DNA from: Polyangiales bacterium
Lineage (GTDB): Bacteria > Myxococcota_A > Polyangia > Polyangiales > Polyangiaceae
Assembly (NCBI GenBank): GCA_038230375.1
Contig: JBBRNJ010000002.1
Coordinates: forward strand, 64,001-128,000
Length of the DNA stretch: 64,000 bases
Direction of reading: 5' to 3'
In this document: one piece after another, positions 57,111 to 64,000 of the stretch
Layout of the letters: each line of letters opens with the position of its first letter
Position numbering within the stretch: the stretch's first letter is position 1
Notes under the pieces: generated by a model
Told to the model about the DNA's origin: nothing
The model's input: only the letters and a program-made list of their open reading frames with translations
Databases searched by the model: none
Made by a program: the position numbers and the translations under genes

Positions 57111-58864
57111 CTCGGAAGAATGGCGGCGGGGGAGAGGCCCACGCGTGACAGCGCCGTGCGGGCGCCTTCGCCTGCGCGGTCCAGGTACGAAAACTTCACG
57201 TCATGCGTCCACACGGGATGCGTTCGGTAGTTCTTCACGTAGGGCTGATGCACATCGTAGAAGCGGTAGTAGTGCGTGAACGCCCACGGCGCGTCGTCGC
57301 AGATCTTCTTCTGGATGTCGTGGTAGAGCGTCGCGCGCCGGCCGGGGCTGAGCTCGTGCTTCGCGCGGTCCATCAGGTCGTCCGCGGTCTTGCTCGCGTA
57401 GAAGGCGTAGTTGGACGAGTCCTCGTCGTTGATCGCGCGCGAGTGGAACAGCGTGTCGGTGAAGTCGCTCGGGTCGGGAAAATCCTGGTTCCAGCCGGCG
57501 GGCGCGAACGCAGTGGTCTTCCTGCGGCCGAGCAGCGCCAGGTACGTGGGGTAGTTCACCACGCGCATCTGGATCCGGATGCCGATCTTCGCGAGATCTT
57601 GCTCCAGCACCTGCGCGGTGTAGCTCGAGAGCCCCTGCTGATAGAGCGTGTACGGGATGGGGTCCGGATAGCCGCCGGTCTTCGTCGCCGGATCGTACGG
57701 GTAGCCAGCCTTCTTCATGTGCTCGAGGGCGGCGTTGACGTCGTACTTCTGACAGTCCCAGTCCTTCTCGTGGAAGGGAACTGCGGGAGGAATGGGCTGG
57801 GTCGCAGAGCGCAACGCGGTGGCCTTGAGCAAGCGGTAGTGCTCGCGATCGATCGCGGAGGCGACAGCGCGGCGTAGCTCCACGTTGTCGAACGGCGGCA
57901 TCTCGGTGTTCATCATCTCGCCGTTGACCTGCTTGTCGGCTTCGTACTGACCGAACGGTAACCAGCGCGGATCGCTCTGGAAGCGCACCAGGTCCGGCTG
58001 CTGGAACTCGCGCAGGATGTCGATCTCTCCGCGCGACAGCTTGTACTTCTCCGTCATGAAGTTCACGAAGAACGTCATGGTCACGCCGTCGAGATGCGGA
58101 AGCCCCGGACGGAAGTAGGCAGGGTGGCGGACCAGGTTGATCTCGCGTCCGCGGTCCCAGCCCTTGTCCGGGAGCATGAACGGACCGGCGCCGCACGGGT
58201 GCCACGTGTCCGAGTAACGCGCCCCTGCGCTCGGACACACCGGTCGCAGCGTATGCATGGCAAGGAGCGGGAGGAACGTCGCGTCGGGCTCGGTGAGATG
58301 GAAGGAGAGCAGGTACTTGCCCTCCACCCGCACGCCCGACAGCTCCTCCGAGGCCTTCGACTGGAACTCCTTGTAGCCCTCGATCATCGAGAAAAAAGAG
58401 CTCATCGGGTTCGGCGTGTCGGGATGCAGCGCGCGCTCCACGCTCCGCTTCACGTCCGCCGCGGTGAGCTCCTCACCAGAGTGGAAGCGAACACCCTGGC
58501 GCAGGGTGAACGTGTAGGACCGGCCGTCGTTAGACATGCGGAAGCTCTCGGCCAGGTCCGGCACGACCTTGCCGTCGTCGTCGTAGTTGACCAGTCCGGC
58601 GAACACGAGCTCCAGCAGCTCCACGACCAGCCCGTCACTGATGTTCGCCGGATCGAACGCGCGGATATCCGCGAAGCTGGACAGGTGCAGCACTCCGCCG
58701 CGGACAGGCGTGGCCTCGCCGTCGTGCGCGGCGGGAATGGGCGCCACGAGCGACGCATCGCAGCCCAGCGTGAGGAACCCGCCCAGGAGCAGCGCGCCCA
58801 ACAGCTTGCGCGTTGTGCCCGCCTCGGGACTTAACGATCGGTCAGCGCTTCGGCTCGATCGCAT
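57101..58864 (-). CDS. Peptide ABC transporter substrate-binding lipoprotein (DppA/OppA type)
   Basis: Lipobox LTLGC, GLV, PDLAES, YTFTLR.GV.FH.G, PFDN..LRRA...AIDR; start uncertain. Confidence 0.9.
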   Translation of the reverse strand: MRSSRSADRSLSPEAGTTRKLLGALLLGGFLTLGCDASLVAPIPAAHDGEATPVRGGVLHLSSFADIRAFDPANISDGLVVELLELVFAGLVNYDDDGKVVPDLAESFRMSNDGRSYTFTLRQGVRFHSGEELTAADVKRSVERALHPDTPNPMSSFFSMIEGYKEFQSKASEELSGVRVEGKYLLSFHLTEPDATFLPLLAMHTLRPVCPSAGARYSDTWHPCGAGPFMLPDKGWDRGREINLVRHPAYFRPGLPHLDGVTMTFFVNFMTEKYKLSRGEIDILREFQQPDLVRFQSDPRWLPFGQYEADKQVNGEMMNTEMPPFDNVELRRAVASAIDREHYRLLKATALRSATQPIPPAVPFHEKDWDCQKYDVNAALEHMKKAGYPYDPATKTGGYPDPIPYTLYQQGLSSYTAQVLEQDLAKIGIRIQMRVVNYPTYLALLGRRKTTAFAPAGWNQDFPDPSDFTDTLFHSRAINDEDSSNYAFYASKTADDLMDRAKHELSPGRRATLYHDIQKKICDDAPWAFTHYYRFYDVHQPYVKNYRTHPVWTHDVKFSYLDRAGEGARTALSRVGLSPAAILPRWP

Positions 58865-59702
58865 CGCGCAGACCCTCCCCGAGCAGGTTGAAGCCGAGCA
58901 CGCTGGCCAGAATGGTGACCGCCGGCGCGAGGAGGATCCACGGCGCCGCCTGGTAGTAGTCCTGACCCTCGAACAGCATGTGGCCCCACGTGGGCGTGGG
59001 CGGCGAGATGCCCGCGCCCAGGTACGACAGCACGCTTTCGGCGATTATCATCTGCGCCACGGACATACTGCCCAGCACCAGGAGCAGCGGCGAGACATTG
59101 GGCACCACGTGCAGCCAGATCAGACGTGGCGTGCTCTGGCCCAGAGCGCGCGCCGCCTGCACGAAGTCCAGGCTCCTGATCCCGATGGTCTTCGCGCGCA
59201 CGATGCGCGCTGTGCCGAGCCACCCGGTGAGGCCGAGCGTGAACAGGATGGTGAGCGGCGTAGTGCGCTCGAACACCACGCCAAGCGTCATGACGAGCAG
59301 CAGGAAAGGGAAGGCGAGGATCACGTCCACGATGCGCATGAGCACGACGTCCACGACGGAGCCCTCGAAGAAGCCAGCGATCATGCCGACAAGCGCGCCA
59401 ACCGCCGTCGCGATCGCCGTGGCGCCAAGGCCGATCGCAAGCGACAAGCGTCCGCCGAGCGCGAGGCGTACGAGCTCGTCGCGGTAGATGCGGTCGGTGC
59501 CCAGCCAGTGCAGCGCGGAAGGGCCGAGCGGTGTCTGCTCCTTCGAGATCCCGAACGCGAAGTCCGAGGCGAATGGATCGTGCGACGACACGAGCGGGCC
59601 GGCCGCGGAGAACAGCACCAGCGCGAGCACCATCCCCATCCCCGCCTTCGTCTTGCCTTCGCGAAGGACGCGTCGCGAGAGCGAGTCAGCGTCCGCGCCC
59701 AT
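58842..59702 (-). CDS. Peptide ABC transporter permease (DppC/OppC type)
   Basis: HWLGTD, G.R.SL, ARIVRA, FVQAARALG, ES.LSYLG.G..PP.PTWG, GEGLRDA. Confidence 0.93.
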   Translation of the reverse strand: MGADADSLSRRVLREGKTKAGMGMVLALVLFSAAGPLVSSHDPFASDFAFGISKEQTPLGPSALHWLGTDRIYRDELVRLALGGRLSLAIGLGATAIATAVGALVGMIAGFFEGSVVDVVLMRIVDVILAFPFLLLVMTLGVVFERTTPLTILFTLGLTGWLGTARIVRAKTIGIRSLDFVQAARALGQSTPRLIWLHVVPNVSPLLLVLGSMSVAQMIIAESVLSYLGAGISPPTPTWGHMLFEGQDYYQAAPWILLAPAVTILASVLGFNLLGEGLRDAIEPKR

Positions 59703-59704
59703 GG

Positions 59705-60568
59705 CTACCGCTTCCTACCAAGGAAGGAGGTGACGGCCTGCGCGAGCTCGGCGGGCGCCTCCTCCGCCACGGCATGGCCGCAGTCGAGAACGGAGAGGCT
59801 CGCGCCAGCGATCTCTCGCGACAGCTTGCGCGCATGCGTGAGCGGGACACGTGTGTCGTTGCGCCCGCACACGATCAGCGTGGGCGCCACGATGCGCGGA
59901 AGCGCAGCGACCAGAGGGCGTGCGTCCAGCGTGCCGCGAAGCGTTGCGTGCGCGGCCTGGCGCGATGCAGGCGTGTTGAACGCGTCGTAGTAGCGGGACA
60001 TGGCGTCTTCGTGTGGCTCGCGCGAGCCCTTGTAGAGCGTGCGCGCGAGATGCATCGAGAAGAGGCGCTTGTTCACGACCTGCTTCATCACCAGGCTTCC
60101 GATGATCGGCAACGACATCACGCGCTCCATCGCGTTCTGCGCGTTCTCGTAGACCACCGGCGAGACCAGCACCAGCTTGTGGAGCAGATCCTTGTGCTCA
60201 CCACCGAACATCAGCGCGACGCTCGCGCCCATGCCCGCGCCGCACACGGAAACACGGCCCAGGCCGAGCGCCGAGACCAGATCCGCGACGACGCTCGCGA
60301 ACTCGTGGTGTCCATACGCATAGCGCACGGGATCGGGCTTCTCGCTCTCACCGAAGCCGGGAAAATCGGGGACGATCACGCGAAACTGTCTGGCGAGCAA
60401 ACCCCGGATTCCTTCGAACGATTCGCGCGTCTGCAGGAAGCCGTGGAGCAGGAACACCGGCGCGCCTTCGCCAGCCTCGGAGAACCGCACCCGCACCCCG
60501 CGCGCGGTCAGATCGCGCACCACGACGGCTTCCCTGGTTTTTACCGTGTGTTCGTCGCCTGACTGCAT
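59705..60568 (-). CDS. Alpha/beta fold hydrolase with atypical nucleophile elbow
   Basis: LLHGF, DFPGFGES, GAGMG (in place of GxSxG), G.ND, GH. Confidence 0.88.
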   Translation of the reverse strand: MQSGDEHTVKTREAVVVRDLTARGVRVRFSEAGEGAPVFLLHGFLQTRESFEGIRGLLARQFRVIVPDFPGFGESEKPDPVRYAYGHHEFASVVADLVSALGLGRVSVCGAGMGASVALMFGGEHKDLLHKLVLVSPVVYENAQNAMERVMSLPIIGSLVMKQVVNKRLFSMHLARTLYKGSREPHEDAMSRYYDAFNTPASRQAAHATLRGTLDARPLVAALPRIVAPTLIVCGRNDTRVPLTHARKLSREIAGASLSVLDCGHAVAEEAPAELAQAVTSFLGRKR

Positions 60569-60785
60569 CGTCCGGCACCGGTTTTATCACGTGTGCCATG
60601 GATGGGAGACTGTGTGATCTCTGCACACACTTACGGAACTAGACACACTCCATCCAATGGAAACTCTTGAAGCTTTCGAGGTTCAAAAACATGCTTTTGC
60701 TAGGACATATTATGTCAGGGCATGGACCTAAGTTGGCGTTTCGCATTCCATTATGGAAAGCCACAAAAAAACGTTCGAGAAAGCG

Positions 60786-60815
60786 TTGACCCCGTTTCTT
60801 TGACTCACGTATGGT
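60786..60815 (+). promoter_or_regulatory. Possible sigma-70 promoter
   Basis: TTGACC-N18-TATGGT within an AT-rich intergenic region. Confidence 0.4.
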
Positions 60816-61193
60816 CGGCCTCGTTGATACTTCGCCGGCTTGTTTCTGCGAGGAAACATGACCAGGCCAACGTCGTAACCGTGGATGTGAGAACTGGGTT
60901 CCGGGTGAAGCTACCCAAAGACCCGAGCGGGGCGCTTGCTGTATGAGCGCACGTTCCCACGGGGGATTGTGAGGGGGATCGTACGCTGTACGAGACGGTC
61001 CCCTTTTGCGGTGGGCATACGGGCGCGGCGGTAACGCGTGCCTGTGTGCAGCACCAATCTCACGGCTGCCCGGAAAAACAATCATGTGTCGACGTGCGGG
61101 CGAGGCTGCTCCGTACGGATGGCATGGCGAAGGTGCGCCTGCGTGGCGCTGACCGAGAGGTCAGCGTGTGCGTGAGGCCTTGGGAGGACTGCA

Positions 61194-61934
61194 ATGGACA
61201 CGAAAGACGCGATGGACATGTCCGAGGTGGTGGGGACGGAGACCGAGGGAGCGCTCGCACGGGACACCGTGACGACGACCGAGGAGACTTCGGAGACCTC
61301 CGTCACGCGCGAGCAGCGCCGCTCGCGCCGCAAGCGCGACGTCCGCGCGCGCACCATCAGCGTGAAGCGCATGACGAAGCGTGAGCTCGAGATGGGTCGC
61401 CTCCTCTATCCGGAGTCGGACGTCGAGAAGCCCAAGTTCCGCGCCGAGTGCATCGGCGCCGAGCGCCCGTGCCCCTTCGTCTCCTGCAAGCACCACCTCT
61501 ATCTCGACGTGTCCGCCAAGACGGGCGCGATCAAGCTGAATTTCCCCGACCTCGAGGTCTGGGAGATGGTCGAGACCTGCGCGCTCGACGTCGCGGACCG
61601 CGGCGGCACGACGCTCGAAGAGGTCGGCGCGATCATGAACCTCACGCGCGAGCGCATCCGCCAGGTCGAAGTGAAGGGCCTTGCCAAGCTGCAGGCGCTC
61701 GACGACATGGAAGCCCTCCGCGACTACGTGGACGAGGGCCCCGTCGGCAAGCGTCGCCTCCCCATCCTCAAGGCCGAGGTCGAGAAGGACACCGACGAGG
61801 ACGAGGACGAGGATGACGACTTCGCCGCCGCTGACGCAGCGGAGGCCGCCAAGGCCGCGCCGATCCCGGAGACCGCCATCGCCGCCGACTTCGACGTGGA
61901 AGAGTTCGCCAGCGAAGCCCTCGACGCAGAATGA
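61194..61934 (+). CDS. Stand-alone sigma-70 region-4 HTH protein with Cys/His-rich motif and acidic tail
   Basis: GGAGG RBS; C....[11 protein letters not shown]...[26 protein letters not shown]; poly-D/E C-terminus. Confidence 0.85.
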   Translation: MDTKDAMDMSEVVGTETEGALARDTVTTTEETSETSVTREQRRSRRKRDVRARTISVKRMTKRELEMGRLLYPESDVEKPKFRAECIGAERPCPFVSCKHHLYLDVSAKTGAIKLNFPDLEVWEMVETCALDVADRGGTTLEEVGAIMNLTRERIRQVEVKGLAKLQALDDMEALRDYVDEGPVGKRRLPILKAEVEKDTDEDEDEDDDFAAADAAEAAKAAPIPETAIAADFDVEEFASEALDAE

Positions 61935-61998
61935 CCGATCGGTCCTCGTCGGACCCCTGACCCGACGAGGCACCTCACCTGACTTCTTACTTCAATTA

Positions 61999-62047
61999 GA
62001 AACCGCCCTCGGTGTGCCGCAGCCCACCCCGAGGGCGTTTTCCTTTT
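61999..62047 (+). terminator. Probable intrinsic terminator
   Basis: CGCCCTCGG...CCGAGGGCG stem followed by TTTTCCTTTT. Confidence 0.7.
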
Positions 62048-62109
62048 GTCCGAGGTCGTTCGTGCCGGCTCCGTTGACGCGCGCGCGCGGGCTCGCTACT
62101 CCGGCGTCC

Positions 62110-63660
62110 ATGGCTTCCGTCGCGCTCCTCTCGGTCTCCGACAAACAGAACCTCCTTCCGTTCGCGAAGCGCCTCGTTGCGCTGGGCTACGAGCTCCTCT
62201 CGAGCGGCGGGACGGCAAAATCGCTCTCGGACGCCGGTGTCCCGGTCACCACGGTAGAGACCTATACGGGCTCGCCCGAGGTCATGGGCGGCCGCGTGAA
62301 GACGCTCCACCCGCGCGTCCACGGCGGCATCCTCGCACGCGCTGGAACTGATGAAGCGGATCTCGAGCGCATCGGCGCGAAGAAGATCGATCTCGTGATC
62401 GTGAACCTGTACCCGTTCGCAAAAACGCTTGCGAATCCTGCGTCTACGACCGAAGAGATCATCGAGAACATCGACATTGGCGGCCCGTCGATGGTGCGCT
62501 CCGCGGCGAAGAACCACGCGCGCGTGGGGGTCGTCTGCGATCCCGCGGACTACGAGCGCGTTGCCACGGCGCTCGAGAAAACAGGCTCTCTCGACGATGC
62601 CCTCCGCATCGAGCTCGCAGCGAAGGCCTTCGCCCACACGGCGGCGTACGACGCAGAGATCGCCGGATACATGAGCGGTGCGCGCACGGATAAAAGCGTG
62701 CAGTTTCCCCGCTTCTTGCAGCTGCCCTTCGAGCGCGCGTACACGCTTCGGTACGGCGAAAACCCTCATCAGCAGGGAGCGTTCTACACGGATGCGAACG
62801 CAAAGCCGGGCTCCATTGCCCGCGCCGAGAGCCTGGGCGCCGGCGGCAAGGAGCTATCGTTCAACAACCTGGTCGACGTGGACGCGGCCCTGGAGGCCGT
62901 GCGCGAGTTCGAAGAGCCCACCGCGGTGGTCGTGAAGCACACGAACCCGTGCGGCGTCGCCACGGCGAAGACCATCCGCGAGGCCTACGTGCGTGCGCGC
63001 GAGGCGGACTCGCTGTCGGCGTTCGGCGGCATCGTGGCGCTGAACCGCGAGGTGGACGAGGAGACCGCGCGCGCCCTGGCCGAGACCTTCCTGGAGTGCG
63101 TCATCGCCCCGGCGTTCAGCCCGGCCGCGGTGGAGGTGCTCCGCACGAAGAAGAACCTGCGCGTGCTGTCCGTGGGCTCGCTCCTGCCCCCCGACGAGGC
63201 CGCGTGGGTGGTCAAGCGTCTGTCCGGCGGCGTGGTCCTCCAGACGCGGGACGCCACGGCGCGCGGCGAGGTCAGGAACGGCAAGGTGCCCACGAAGCGC
63301 AAGCCCACGGAGGAGGAGCTCACCGCGCTCGAGCTCGCGTGGAAGGTGTGCAAGCACGTGAAGTCGAATGCGATCGTGCTCGCGCGCGGCGGCGAGACGG
63401 TGGGCGTGGGCGCAGGCCAGATGTCCCGCGTGATTTCCGTGCAGATTGCATGTGAAAAAGCAGGTGAGAGATCGAAGGGGAGCGTGCTGGCCTCCGACGC
63501 ATTTTTCCCGTTTGCGGATGGCCTCCAGGCCGCTGCAAAGGCGGGGATCACGGCCGTCGCGCAGCCGGGCGGCAGCGTGAAGGACGAGGACGTCATTCGC
63601 GCCGCGGACGAGGCGGGCCTCGCCATGGTGATGACCGGCGTGCGCCACTTCCGGCACTGA
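62110..63660 (+). CDS. purH: Bifunctional AICAR transformylase / IMP cyclohydrolase
   Basis: ALLSVSDK, GRVKTLHP, IDIGGP, LRYGENPHQ, KHTNPCG, VKSNAIV, SDAFFPF, RHFRH. Confidence 0.97.
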   Translation: MASVALLSVSDKQNLLPFAKRLVALGYELLSSGGTAKSLSDAGVPVTTVETYTGSPEVMGGRVKTLHPRVHGGILARAGTDEADLERIGAKKIDLVIVNLYPFAKTLANPASTTEEIIENIDIGGPSMVRSAAKNHARVGVVCDPADYERVATALEKTGSLDDALRIELAAKAFAHTAAYDAEIAGYMSGARTDKSVQFPRFLQLPFERAYTLRYGENPHQQGAFYTDANAKPGSIARAESLGAGGKELSFNNLVDVDAALEAVREFEEPTAVVVKHTNPCGVATAKTIREAYVRAREADSLSAFGGIVALNREVDEETARALAETFLECVIAPAFSPAAVEVLRTKKNLRVLSVGSLLPPDEAAWVVKRLSGGVVLQTRDATARGEVRNGKVPTKRKPTEEELTALELAWKVCKHVKSNAIVLARGGETVGVGAGQMSRVISVQIACEKAGERSKGSVLASDAFFPFADGLQAAAKAGITAVAQPGGSVKDEDVIRAADEAGLAMVMTGVRHFRH

Positions 63661-63677
63661 GCGAGGGAGACGTCGGG

Positions 63678-64000
63678 GTGGCAGACGATCCGTTCTTTCC
63701 GCAGCCGCGCGCGAAGGGCTCTTACCGGGAGCCTGCGCAGCGCGAGCTCGTGGTGACGGGGACGCAGTCCGCGGGCGATGAGGTGAAGGCCACGATCATG
63801 CGTCCGCTCCATCTGGAGGAGGTGCCGCCTTCCGTGAAGAAGGAGCCGCGCATGGGCCGCATTGCGGAGGAGGAGCAGCGATTCTGGGGCAGCCAGAGCC
63901 TTGTCGCGCGCTATCCGCGAACGTTCGCCGCGCTGCTGACGGTCATCGGCGCCGTGTCGACCTGGGACAGCGTGTGGACGCTCATGCATGGCGGGTTCTA
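63678..64000 (+). CDS. Hypothetical membrane protein (partial, runs off window end)
   Basis: GGAG RBS then GTG; open frame ADDPFFPQPRAKG...TFAALLTVIGAVSTW to the window end. Confidence 0.55.
   Translation, partial: MADDPFFPQPRAKGSYREPAQRELVVTGTQSAGDEVKATIMRPLHLEEVPPSVKKEPRMGRIAEEEQRFWGSQSLVARYPRTFAALLTVIGAVSTWDSVWTLMHGGF

Noticed and set aside
61935..62109. Possible ZMP/ZTP riboswitch upstream of purH
   Set aside because: Hairpins exist but the conserved aptamer motifs were not recognisable; better explained as the upstream gene's terminator. An Infernal search would be decisive

Overview
High-GC (about 70%, estimated by eye) bacterial chromosomal segment. Gene content is strongly suggestive of a myxobacterium (Polyangiaceae/Labilithrix-like): Ser/Thr kinase, DUF4388 response regulator, Cys-rich lipoproteins. 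About 51 CDS and one tRNA-Pro(GGG) are supportable; no CRISPR array, rRNA, integrase or transposase was seen. The left part (1-26.8 kb) is housekeeping and metabolic: rpsU with a ferredoxin:thioredoxin reductase and a redoxin, deoC plus two aldehyde dehydrogenase genes, hisHA, argCB, TetR/acyl-CoA dehydrogenase, MATE, and an NrtR-nicotinamidase pair with a visible NrtR box. The most unusual part is a ~24 kb glycosylation locus (26.9-51.1 kb) with five predicted GT-C-type membrane glycosyltransferases, DPM1-like GT2 enzymes and a flippase-like protein. It contains two apparent donor-synthesis modules with odd fusions. Module A: PLC/GDPD-like enzyme, GT-C::phosphoribulokinase/uridine-kinase fusion, HAD::class II aldolase fusion, twin nucleotidyltransferase, GT2. 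Module B: GT2, CofD/YvcK::GT2 fusion, HAD, nucleotidyltransferase, epimerase. I infer a lipid-carrier-dependent extracytoplasmic modification system using unusual donors (possibly a ketopentose and a phosphodiester-linked group). The right part has an SPFH-zinc ribbon gene, a DUF4388 regulator, an ATPase-less Dpp transporter, a Cys/His-rich sigma-region-4 protein behind a long AT-rich palindrome-containing intergenic region, and purH. All family calls come from motif recognition by eye; no database searches were run.
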